Positions 10,801 to 22,685 of a stretch of 64,000 nucleotides of DNA are shown here, piece by piece. The notes under the pieces were generated by a model. That model was not told where the DNA came from, did no database searches, and saw only the letters and a program-made list of their open reading frames with translations. The position numbers and the translations under genes were made by a program. This DNA comes from Dimorphilus gyrociliatus (lineage: Eukaryota; Animalia; Annelida): contig CAJFCJ010000002.1 of NCBI GenBank assembly GCA_904063045.1, positions 2,599,891 to 2,663,890 of the forward strand, given 5' to 3'. Each line of letters starts with the position of its first letter. Within the stretch, counting starts at the first letter, position 1.

Positions 10801-13800
10801 TTCCATTACCCTTTTCAGGATAACAGATTTTTTTCTAAAGGAAAAAAGCGTATGTTAAAATTTCGCACCGATTTAATCCTCTTCGACTTTCAATAAAAGG
10901 TGTTAAAAAAAGTATAATGGGAAAAATTTTAAAGGAGGAAGACTAAAGTTAGGTTTAAGTAGTTTCAATAAAAAACCTCAGCCAACTTTTTTATGCTAAA
11001 CTTACTTTGGACAAGTGGCTAGCGACCTTGCTTATGTCCTCTTAAAGGGTAGAGTAAAATTTACATCCTTAAAAAGCCTTTTGGTAAAAGGAAAAGGGGC
11101 AGGTGTATAGGCCGCCTCTTTATTTAAACGGAAAGCCGATATGTGGTCCACTGGACGGTAAAATAGCCGCTTCAACGTCCACGCACAAGCAGAATAAGTA
11201 ATAAGGGCTATCGTAATATTTCGTTTTATTTCTCACACTTTCTTGAATTTAGGTTACATCGAATGACCCAAGGGAAAGATACGCACTCAACAAATTATAG
11301 TAATCTAAACTAAATGACGCCCGCCCCGATAAGAATCTACCAGCGTCGATTAGATCGGACAATAAGTAAAGGTATGCGAACGGAACGCCATAGCCCGATG
11401 ACCTTAGAAAGAAACCGAATAGGAAATCGTCAAATACGTCAATATTTTTAGAAACCGTGCGCGTGCGTGTTCGCCTTAAAAGGTGGCGAGAGACGGAGAA
11501 AAAGAAAGGTGGCAGGATAAAAGAATATATAAAAGAAAAGTAGCCGTCGGTCACATTATAGGAGCAGGTGAAAAATGTCCGTTATATGCGTTTTAATTAA
11601 CGCAATGCTGGTAATTATTTTTACTAAAATCCCTAAACGTCAACGACGCTCATCCTCCGAGGTATTATGTACTTTCTCTGCAAAAATTTTCACCTGTCCA
11701 CGTCTTCCCGTCCTCCCCTTTTTCTCATCCCCTTTACTTATCTATATTTTCTTTTCACTTGTACCTCCTACAAATGTTAGCCGTTTTAAATCTTCACCCA
11801 CGTCTCATATTTTCTTTCTCTAGAGCGTGCATGTGGGCTCAGTAATGGCCATTTTCATCAAACTATACAAAGAAGTATCCGTAGATAAACATAATTTATT
11901 GCGAGCTTTCTTACAGTTTCTTAACACCTTTTTCTGAAAACAGACCGCTGGCAGTCCCCATACTTTATAACCTATATAGTTAGGCTTCGGTAATGGTAAT
12001 ATAAAACTTTTCGACCGCCCCTCCGAATAAAAAAAAGTGAAAGAAACAAAAGAAAACACTATACCGCGTGATCATATTCAATAATGAGTGACGGTTGAAA
12101 CGACATGCCTTTCCCCGAAGATTTACAACTCTGGATAAATATTTCGTTAGAAGCGCCGCTTAACAGACCATGTTAGTAATTGGATCCCTCGAGGCATACG
12201 AAAACGTACCGTATGGTCTAGGTCCTCAGTGAACAAATAATTAAAAGGTTGTTACGTAAGCCTAAAAGCGGGGAGTGATCTTGGGAAAAGTAACACAGAG
12301 AATTTTTGGCAATACCACCTGCAAAAACTAGATTTCGATAATGATATATTTTCTAAAGCGTATCAGTTGTCGATTTAATTTAATTACAGACAAGGTTTTT
12401 TTGTGGCGAATAAAAAACCTGTCCATTCAAAAAAAAGCGTGCCCTACCAGTTAGTAATTAAACAGTTCAAAATGATAAAAAATAGTCTAACTTCAAGCCA
12501 AGTAAATAAAAAGAATTAATTTTTTTCCATTATTCATTAATAGTATGACCTTTTTATCAAAGTACTTTTGCCGACAAAATAGGTATGATTAAAGTTTAAT
12601 GGATTCGAAAACTCGTACAGCACTTCAAGTCGTATTTCAAGATTCACTACAACGGCCTATTTAAGGGGTGGGTGAAAAAAAACAAGTATAAATTAGCAAT
12701 AAATTATGCATCGCGTCCCTTTTCTATCACCTAATTCAAAAAAAAAGCTGTCCACCCTCTACTCAAATAGGCCATATTCTACTTAACGAGCAACGGATAA
12801 GTGGCTTATAACTGGTCGGGAGGAAGCGGCTTATGAAGAGCAGGCCTCTGTATCGGCGTTGAAATCGCCGCTCCCAGTTAACGGTGTTAGAAAATTGACG
12901 CGTATGGTAGCAGATGGCGGTGCCTGATATGCGCACCGGAACTTTTGACGAGTTTTAAACGGTGCCTGCGTCGTAAAAAAAATCGGCTTCGGCAAACAAG
13001 AGACGACTAAACGATCCGTAAAGATCGGTGAAAGTTCAAACGTTATAGGGCGAAAAGGAAAACCGGCTTACTGGCTGTAAAAATACTCGCTCTAACAGAA
13101 CCATCTGTCACCGAATTATACATAGATTTCTACCAATTCTCTATTAGGGGAATAATGGTAGGGGGTGGAGAAGTAGTGGAAAGAGTAGAAAAAAATTAGT
13201 AGAAAAAATAGCTCACCTGGCATACTTCCGGCTCTTCCATACTGTTGGGAGGACAAACTGCGAACACTAAGGACCGATTGTGCTTTCGAACTCAAGATAT
13301 TGCTGGATGTACTGTATAATATTTGAATTTAATTAGACTTGAATATCATAAAAGGGGAGAAATTTGATAGGACTTTAGAATCAGATCAAGCGTACACGGC
13401 AGGCTGATTAGTTTCGTACACCTCTATTATGCATACTTACATGCGTATTCTCTTTCCATTTTTACATTTAGTGAATACGTATTATTTAATAGTTTTGTAT
13501 AAATTAAGTCTATTACAAGTCGGCTGAGATAAATCGGAATACGATTAGAATAAAAATCTCAAGCTCGCCCGCAGTAAAAACGTCCTACGAATCGGCATTT
13601 CATCAAACAGGGAGAGGCGATTGAATAATAATTACGCAACTCAAGAAAATTTCATCTCACCCTGGTTTCGATTGCAATCGTTCTTTTTCTCAAGTAGTTT
13701 CGAAAAGAATAAAGAGATGGATACATTGAAACTTACCTAAATCCTCTCGATTGAACTTCTAGAACTTGGCTAAGTACAGCTTCCTGCTCCGTCATAGCTC

Positions 13801-16226
13801 GCTTCAAGTTTTGTTTAGTGACACCATCATCTTCTGATACTAGATCAATGGGTTTATTGCCATCATTATCTTCAATTAGAGGGTTAGCACCGTTAGTTAT
13901 AAGTATTTCGACGACTCTCTGAAATTCATTTCTGGCAGCAAGATGAAGAGGCGTTTCACCCCTACCGTTTCTTGAGTTAACAAATGCTCCAGCCTCTATC
14001 AATGCCCTAGCCACTTCGGCAAAATCATCTTTTGATTTCATTCCGAAATTGTCGTACTCTCTTATTACACAACAATGCAAGGGAGTCTCACCCTCTGAAC
14101 ACTGTAGGTTCATATCAGCTTTCAGATGATCGAGTAAAACGATAACTTCCTCAATATGTCCTTGCTCGCATGCAATATGCAATGGAGCTTTTTCTCGTCC
14201 TTCCTCATCACACGTAACTTTGGAATTCACACCAACGTCATGCTGAACAAATAATCTGACCAAACCTACATGACCCTCTTCGGCAGCTATATGCAAGGGT
14301 ATTGCACCATATGGTCCACCCTTGTACAAGTCGGCTCCATACTGATGCAATAATTTTACTAATTCGATATGACCAAATCTAGCTGCCATGTGAACTGGTG
14401 AGTCTTCAAATTTATCTTGTAAGTTTACATTTGCGCCCTTCATGCAAAGTCTTTTGGCCATTTTATAATCAGCTCCCATTATAGCGTAATGTAAAGCCGT
14501 TCTCCCTTTATGGTTTCGTACATCTGGATCAGCTCGTAAAGCCAATAATTCATCAACAGTCTGATATAATTGACGTTTAACGGCTACTATAAGCAAAGTA
14601 ATAATCTTTTGCTTCCTTCCGTCGCCCCTCTTGTGGACGAAGTTGACGTCTATACCATGGTTGTTTATAAAGTAGCAAATGAGCGTCGGATCGGGCAGCT
14701 GCGTGGCTAGTATTAGTGGACAATCGACGTTTTCGGACGCCATGTGCTTGATGTCGGATGTTAGAAGGTCATGGATTTTATTGCGACTATGAATGTTTTG
14801 TATTAAAATATCGTGGACCTGAAGACGAAATATAAATTAATATTAATTTTTAAAATTTCAAATATAAAACCAATCCTACAAATAGTAAAAATGTTTAACT
14901 GTAACATTTTTGAATTGAATATATTAAGCCTATAGAAATATGTTCAGAATATTTTCTTAAACTCTTTCTAATAGTATAGTTAAATTTGAAAAAGAATGTT
15001 ATTTTTTTTACAGTGTGAATCGGTAATGGCCGTTATCGATGCATTAAACGTGAAAATTTTTCAACGAAAACGAGAGGTCAGTAACGAAGCGTGAAAATTC
15101 GCTTATGAACGGGTGACGCATTCGCGCGACACCCATCTTACAATTAATAGATATTTTTGCCTTTCAAAAATATATATCATTCACGTAACAGGCGTTTACG
15201 ATACTGTCTACACATTTTTTTCCTTTAACAATATAAACCATATACCGTTTAAAAAACGATTCTTTAAAAGATAAATGATAAAAAAATATGAATAGCTTAC
15301 CTTTTTACGATCATTCTTCTGTATAGCAACCAGGAGCGGTGGTCCATGCGTCTTTTTTCCCATGATTTCAACGGTTTTATGACAATCTGAATTGAACAAG
15401 AATAAAAATAATATTAAAGTTGTTGAACTAAAGTTTCTTTAATTTTAAGTTACAAAAACAGAAAGAGAAATTAGTATTTTTCATTTTTCCGTACATTTTA
15501 TAAATTCTAAATCCATTATCACAGATTCGAATGGCCTCGAAAATAAATCTGCATAAACTCTTATACAAGCACAAGCATTATTCGTAAGTTTCATATCCGT
15601 GGAACGGTCTTGAGATTCCGAATGACGGCACGTGCGCCGTTCCTCAACGCCTAAGCTCCGCCTACGGGCTCGTCGAATCAGCTGCGTTCAAATCACTCAA
15701 GCCGATTTTTACACGCACGAATTCATGATACATCTAGAGTTTTTTTACTTCTTTGGGAAACGACACTGATAGGCCATTCATACCTTTCCTATTTCATTTC
15801 AAAAGAAAACGGTCGTTCGGATCGGTTAACCGCAATTATTTAACGATTGTCAAAAAAATGATTATAGACCTCGTTGAGAAAAAAATTGTTCTCTTTTTCC
15901 GAACTAAAGAAAAAAGAGGGCCGACAATCATTTTTCATCGACAACTACGGAAATGGAGATTGGACGATGAGTGGGGAATTTTGACAAATTGAATCTACGT
16001 TACTCTCACTAAAAATTTTTCAAGTAGACAGTAATACCGTCTAATTGTTTGGGTGTTGGATAACATTCCTTTCGGAGAAAAGGTGAGTTCGAAATAAATG
16101 AATGAAAATAATAAGAATAAATAAAAACACGTCGTATGCTGCAATATGATCACCAAACATAACAAGGTCGTGACGATGCACTTTTTATACATTTAAAAAA
16201 ATGTTTATTCTCATACCAGAAGTCAT
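4806..16226 (-). CDS. Predicted single gene: N-terminal ankyrin repeats + ZO-1-like PDZ-SH3-GuK MAGUK core + Gln-rich repeats + C-terminal ETDL (about 1,636 aa)
   Basis: Exons 16226-16217, 15386-15301, 14818-13737, 13311-13217, 8776-8487, 8228-4902, 4826-4806. Every junction is GT-AG with matching phase (1,0,2,1,0,0); 4,911 nt with no internal stop. The first 10-nt exon is the least certain part. Confidence 0.7.
4902..8228 (-). CDS. Large exon encoding a ZO-1/TJP-like PDZ-SH3-GuK supramodule flanked by Pro/Gln-rich disordered regions
   Basis: PDZ: VSVVGGNACGVFV...AAEAGLREGDEILAVN. SH3: GDNFYVRANFSVEKPSQGELHIKSGDIFHVTDTMPGGEFGAWRA...GFIPNNSRAEQIA. GuK-like: AYERVTEIVARVPRPVILLGP. These align by eye with ZO-1 PDZ3-SH3-GuK (GDSFYIRTHF...IPNKNRAEQLA; AYERVVLR...RPVTIFGP). 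Confidence 0.9.
5097..5387 (-). repeat. Coding minisatellite: about 14 copies of a 21-bp unit encoding QQHQPQM
   Basis: The plus-strand unit catttggggttgatgctgctg recurs every 21 bp from 5097 to 5370. Central copies are identical; variants occur only at the ends. Confidence 0.97.
13737..14818 (-). CDS. Ankyrin-repeat exon (about 8 repeats here, about 9 including the preceding exon)
   Basis: GRTALHYA, EDSPVHMAARFGHIELVKLL, GAIPLHIAAEEGH, KAPLHIACEQGH, GETPLHCC, GETPLHLAA...GANPL. The ORF-track stop at 13733 lies inside a gtaagt donor (13736), so the exon is not terminal. Confidence 0.95.
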
Positions 16227-17816
16227 GATCCTTCTATAGGTTTTTGGTAAACTTTGAAAAAGTTAGCGTCCGATACCTGGCATTCGACCGTTATGATATT
16301 TACAAAAGCAATCAAGCACTGGCCTTTAGGCTTTTTGGGACAATCGTAAAAACTTTTAATATTTTATGTTTCGCATCAAACTCTTCTTCCCTTTGAACTG
16401 CGCCATCTACTGACAAAGTACTCAGCTATTCAAGTTAGCAAAGCTAAGTGTTTTCGTTCGAGTGACAAGAGTTTAATTAAAAGATTCACGTAGGGGATGC
16501 TGCGGGGCATTATCTACTCTACAACAGATCATGTTAGCATACTCATCAACTTTAAGATGCTTATTGATTCTTCTTTTTCAAAAGGCCGAACTATTAGTAT
16601 ACTATATATATTTTAATTGATAAAATAAAATGACTTGAAATATTACTCAAATATTAAGTCAATCTAAAAATAATAAACCGTTAGAACTTATCAAAGAGTA
16701 AGAGTAAAAGTTTTCATTACTAGAGTAAATTTTTATCACCTGTAATGAAAAGCTTCAGGCGATTATATATATATATATATATATTTCTTTTACAATAGTA
16801 ATTTGTGAAGAACGAATAATTATTTACGCTTTCATGATTTTAATAAGGTCTATAAATATAGTGTAAATATTATAATAAACAAGACAATATCCCTAAAATC
16901 AAAAAAGAAAACTTTAAAAATAGAAATCGAATTTTTTACTGATTAGATAGGAAGTATAAACAGGTACATACTGCTTCTAATTATAACAATAGTATTTTGT
17001 TCTATTTAGGTTTAAAGATTTAAAGTCTTGCATCATCATGACGTAGCTATGATATAGTAAATATTAATCAGAGTATAAATTCTAACATATAGGTTTGCCA
17101 ATTAGTAAAATATTACATATAACAGTACAGGAAAAACCAATAATTACATCTCATTATAAAATCACTAGAGCAAGTAACTCTAAACTTTTACAAAATTGGT
17201 TGTTTTGCTAATATAATTTAACTAGGTTGAGAAGTTTAACTCTTGAATTTACTATAACAGCATGTATTCTATCTTTTTATCTCAATAAAAATTATTCTAT
17301 TTGCTTAACTAGGTGAAAAGTGAAAGGTTAAAATTAGATTGTAGTACGCTGACGCTGATAAGGTAACAGGATTTGATGAGTTATTTTTCATGTTAGTAAT
17401 TCAGCCATATTTATATTTATTTTTATAATTGCTCTTACGCTTCAATATTATTCACAAAAGGGAACTCTTGATTTAGGCCTAGAGTTCAGAATTATTCATA
17501 TTTTCGCTCTTTTAATTTTTAATAATAAATTAAAAAAGCTAGCTATATAACTGATCGAGTAGAGCTATGAAAATAAATAAAGAAAACTTACTTAAACAAA
17601 GCGGTTATTTCAAATAATTTCTAACAAAGACAACAAGAGCAGTTGTATAGGTGAAAGAGAGCGTAACCGTTAGTTATGCTTCTATCTTCTTCACGATTCC
17701 TCGCCGCTAAAGTCACTGATACTTCCTGATTAAAATTATCTGAGCAAATTCGATTATTCCAGGCAGAAAATTCGCTTTTTAATTCAAATAATATCGACTA
17801 AAATAGACAAATTAAA

Positions 17817-17894
17817 GGGGACTCCCCAGAATCTAAAACGAGGCGCACCTGGATCACGTGAGTAACGTTTTTACAGGTAACTCTAGATGGCGCT
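17817..17894. promoter_or_regulatory. Motif cluster: palindromic kappaB-like GGGGACTCCCC, E-box TCACGTGA, CTCF-like TAGATGGCGCT
   Basis: Exact strings at 17817-17827, 17854-17861 and 17884-17894, in AT-rich DNA just downstream of the V-ATPase d stop. Function is inferred from motif match only. Confidence 0.4.
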
Positions 17895-18007
17895 ATTTAT
17901 TCAAATTTAAAGACTACAGTTTATATTCAGAATAAGTACAATTTTTAAATATATATGGAAATTAGCATTTAGAATAAATTTCGGATATGCAATAATGGAA
18001 TAACTGT

Positions 18008-19398
18008 CTAAAATATGGGAATGTAAGAATCAATCTTTGCTCTGTGTCGTTGTGCAATACACTCCGAAATCCAAATAATATTCCGGCACTCTTGTTCTTT
18101 TAATTTGACATAGGCGTAGAATACACCAAAATTGAATTGCTGCATAAAAGCGTTCTTCATTAAGTTCACTTCATGTTCAAAGAATTTATCTTCTAAGGTT
18201 TTATCTCCTGGATTTGTGCCTGCGCCATCAAATAATTGTCTATATTCCTGTGAAAAAGTTGACAATTTGATTTAAATTGTTCGATACAGAATGAGCCAAT
18301 ACATTTTCTAATACATTTTCATAACTTACTGCGTAATAATCAGCAACTGCTTTGACTTGATCATAATCATCGGCTTTTGCTAAGGATGCTAAACCATCTG
18401 GATAAAGTTTTCCACACTTAGGATATAGTTTTGCTCTGTCTTCCTTAGCTAGTTCCGTTCCGAAAGAGTTGATTGTTATAATGAAAGCTCTTCTGTCTGC
18501 TTCCAACTAGAACAAAAGTTTTTCTGTAAAATACAATGAATAACTAATTTAAATGCATACCGCAAGAGCATCGCACATAACATCAGCTGTTGAACCACCT
18601 AGCTCCTTACAGAAATCATAAAAGTCTTCCAAATATGCCTTGTAAAGTGTGTTTCGAATAATTTCAATATTCATTTCGTCTAAATCTTGCTCAGAAATGC
18701 AGTCAATAAAGTAAGGAGCTAGAGGAGTATCGACTAGTACAGCATTGTATAATTCGGCAGGAGTGGAAGCTATATGAATAGCCTCCATTTGTTCGAAACT
18801 GCCCAGAGGATGACATTTAGGAATAAGTTCAGAGATTGAACGTTGATGTAAGGTTCCCGTAATGAGTAGAATAATGTTATCGATCATATAACTGTATCTG
18901 TTATAAAATTATGAATTTGTTTCTTAGTCAGTTTGTCTAACAATAATAACTGTTATTAAAAATAATTCTTTTAAAATCATAAAATTATAATTTGTAAGTA
19001 TTTAATAAATATAGATGAATACATAAGTGGGGTTCAACTTACGTGATATAATCCAAAAACGTTGACAATGGCTCAACAGCTTGGTTTCGAACATGCGTAA
19101 ATTCATCAACTAATTTCTCTTTCAGTTTATCATCAATAACCGATACACCTAAAGGACTGGCTTCGTTAGCTAAAAAGCTACCATAATCCGTGCTTTGAAG
19201 ATGAAGTTTTAAATCTATGACATTCAAATTGATTAAGCAATATTAAAGATGATAAATAATTTGTAACACACCTTCCAGTGTTTCGCACTGTACTAAATTT
19301 AAGTAATCTCCTTGTTTCAAAATACCTGCCTTAAAGCCACGACACAGACCTTCTAGGTACCCATTGTTAATGTTAAAATATAAATCTGACAATGACAT
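18008..19398 (-). CDS. ATP6V0D1: V-type proton ATPase V0 subunit d, 350 aa
   Basis: Exons 19398-19272, 19214-19043, 18897-18561, 18506-18330, 18247-18008 (1,053 nt). Motifs: [82 protein letters not shown]...YIPIF. Confidence 0.98.
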
Positions 19399-19448
19399 CT
19401 TGACAAACTCGAGAATAACTTCTAAAGTTCTTGTTCGAAAATGTAAAT

Positions 19449-19488
19449 CAAGATGGCTGAATCACATGACAAGATCGGAAACGGAAGT
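19449..19488. promoter_or_regulatory. Bidirectional promoter ATP6V0D1/POP1 with YY1-like, M-box/CLEAR-like and ETS motifs
   Basis: CAAGATGGC at 19449-19457, TCACATGAC at 19462-19470 and CGGAAGT at 19482-19488, within the 390-bp gap between the divergent ATGs. Confidence 0.55.
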
Positions 19489-19788
19489 CAAACTATGCCT
19501 ACAATCGTAATGTAGTTTGTTACTTTTTTGAAGTAAATTGCCGAATAAATATTTGTTAAGTTGTTATAATTTCCTCAAATATATTTAAATCTATATCTGA
19601 AACTTGTTAGTACAGAATTCGCTATACGATTCGTCTGTTATTCTGACTACACTATAAAGTTTTCTTTTAGTTATTATTAAATTATATAACCCTCAATTAT
19701 CGCTCTTTAACAGCACTCTTGGAAACATGCATTTTCATTAACTGGTTGCAAATTATTTTTCAGACATACGTTTTCACAAAGCTTAACA

Positions 19789-22685
19789 ATGTCGGATAGA
19801 AAGCGAAAAACAATAGAAGTAGAGGGGAATAAATTGAAAAAGAGACAAAAAAAGTCTAATGAAACTGATGGAAAACTTAATGAAACGGCGACAGGTAATC
19901 TGCTAAGAAATGTTATTTTTACTGTCTTATCTAGACGTTATACCAATTTATTGACATTTCCCTTGCTTTTAAATACCAATCTCCGAGGAAGTTTGAATTT
20001 AAATTTCTATTTGACTTTTGTACAATTTTAATTGAACGAAACTAAATACCATTTAAAAACAGGGGAAAATTTGAAGTCTACTTAATGAAACTTTACTGTT
20101 TTCTAATAGAAATTAAAGTTATGAAATATGTTGAAAGTCGTGCAATGGAACTTTCAAACATGATGCTTGCGTGTAACCGTATAAAGCAAAATAAAAAAGT
20201 TACTCAAATGCTTCCAAATCATATGAGAAGACGGGCAGCTAGTCATAACGCAAAGAGACTTCCACTCAGATTGAGAGCTGCGGCTGAGAAGAGCGTAAAT
20301 TCTTTGCTATTCCTTTTATTTGTTATGCTCCTCAGATCTATTAAAATTACTTGTACAGATGGAACAATCTCAGCCAACGAAAACTAAACGTCCATCAAGA
20401 AGGCATCGGCGAAGACCAAAAAATTTACTGGCAGCCTATTTAAAAAGGCAACAGAGTAAATTTTGGTTGGAGACGCATATATGGCACGCCAAGAGATTTA
20501 AAATGATGGAAATGTGGGGTTATAAAATTCCTTTAAAGCCAAGTGACAAAGGGAAAAGAGCAGCGTACAGAGCTACAAAAAGGAACTGCACAATTCAAGT
20601 TAGTTACATTTAAAGTACATTCACTCATCAAATCTACAAAATCTTTTGTTAGGATATATCTTATTATGAGTGCATTCAAGTAAGTGGACGACAAGAGGAT
20701 ATTACTTCCTGTCTTCTTCCATTATTTAGCGAGAAGACTGGTTCGTACTTACTATAAAGAATGTCTTGGTAACCTAATCATTTCATCACGTCGTTATAGG
20801 TTTGACCTTAAAAGCAAAATCATTGATGAAGGGTAATCGGGAGGGTATGGCGAGCATTTTTAAGAAGAATTCATATCCTTTTAAGTCTCTAGGATTGATA
20901 AGATTTCTGTGGGATCCTTGCGAAAATTTATCATTAAATTCAGAGCGAAAATTATGGATTTTTGTCCACCCTTCCTCAGTGGTTGAAACTATGAAAGAGG
21001 TTTTGGATTGTTGCTGCATACCATATTTAGATGACTATGAGGCGTACAACGAAAAATTAAAGAAGAAATCTTCATCCTTATCGAGTACATTCTTACATCA
21101 TAAATTCTTTTGTTCGAGAAAGTTTCATAACGCGAAAATTTCAATTGATTGTTTCGACAACAAACTGAATAGATTTAGATTGACTGGTCCTCTATCAACT
21201 AAAATTTTGAAAAAAGTTTTCCGTAGTATTGATATAAAATTTGAAAGTGGGGAAAATGAATATTGGTGGAGTAAATATTATGAATCAAATATAAATAAGG
21301 ATATATTTAACAAACAGAAATCTTATTTTAATTCTTCTCTGGAGAGTATGGCAGATGGCGGTGTTTTAGGGTTAGTAATTGGTGATCCTAGACTTAAGTC
21401 AGCAAAAGCTGATGATAATTTAGAAGAGGGAGAGTCCGAAGCTCTTCTGTCAGAATGTGCACCTGAGAACGTTCACATTTCGCCCCTGTGGATTGATGAC
21501 GTAAGGAAGCAGCTGAGAAAAAAAATCTCCGATGGTGATTTAAATAAACTAAAAGAAAAGATTACTGTACCCGGTAAGTGAATATTTCTTGTTGATATCT
21601 TCATGTTGAGTTTATATGCAAATGTTATTTTCAGATGCGCAAGTAGAATTAGGAACTAATGAATCCCGAATTCCTGTCATTCTTATTTATCGATCAGGAA
21701 AAAGAGTAAGAAGAGATCAAAATCATAATTCATTTTTCAATGGTGCTTCTTCCCTTCTTGGATATACGAGCGGATGGGATTTGATAATACCCAGCGCATG
21801 GGGAATGCCTTTTTGGATGTCATTTATTTATAATGGATGTCGAGCAGTAGGGTTGGAAGAATTCGAGAGAAGGTAGATAAGTTGTCAATTTTTAATCAAT
21901 TTCTTAAAATGAAAATTCTCTAACGCTATTTTAACAGCCAGGTTCTCAATCGTAATCTTCTATACCCTAATCTCCAACCAGATACTTTAGCTGGCGAAGA
22001 CCTTGAAAATGTCTATTTTAAAGAACACAACGATAAACATTTACGTATGCCACCAGCCAAACGTCCTAATTATGAAAAACTGCAAAGCTATTCACCATTT
22101 AAATGTCCCTGGCAAGAATTGATAAATATATGGAACAATAAGGAATCCGATTCGTTCTACGTCCTTAGAGATAGATTTTTACTAAAGCAAATAGATAACT
22201 TATTGAAGCCAGCATCAAAAAGAAATCTTTTTGTTTGTGACAAAGAAGTCAGAAATCGCCTAAGCTTATCCCTTCAGGAGATTGCTAAAGGAAACGAATC
22301 GTGTTTAGTACCTGTACAAATTGATGCTATAAACAGAGGATGCTGCGAAAGCCTTTCAATGATTTGCATACCAGACAAGCCGGATCTAAAAAAGATGCTT
22401 GAAAAATCCGATTATTTTGGACCAGCAGAAACAATTGCAACAACAACTTCTACAAAAACTGCCATAAATATTAAACGGTCATCTAGAAAAATAATCGGGT
22501 ACATCGGACTTAACGGTGGAGGATATTGTTTTACAACCGGAAAAGGGTCAGGTATAGGCTTTGTCTGTTTAACCTCTCTAGCGGCTCTTCTCCAAGTTGG
22601 AAAACAGACATTAACACCAACAGTATTAATTAGGGATTCAAAAAGTTTGCAATATCGTTTTGGTAAACTAGCATGTTTAATATAA
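19789..22685 (+). CDS. POP1: RNase P/MRP protein subunit POP1, about 792 aa
   Basis: Exons 19789-19894, 20110-20294, 20359-20598, 20653-20740, 20800-21573, 21635-21872, 21938-22685 (2,379 nt). Motifs: LPNHMRRRAASHNAKRLP, WLETHIWHAKRFKM, GWDLIIPSAWGMPFWMSF, PPAKRPNYEKL...SPFKCPW. Confidence 0.95.
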
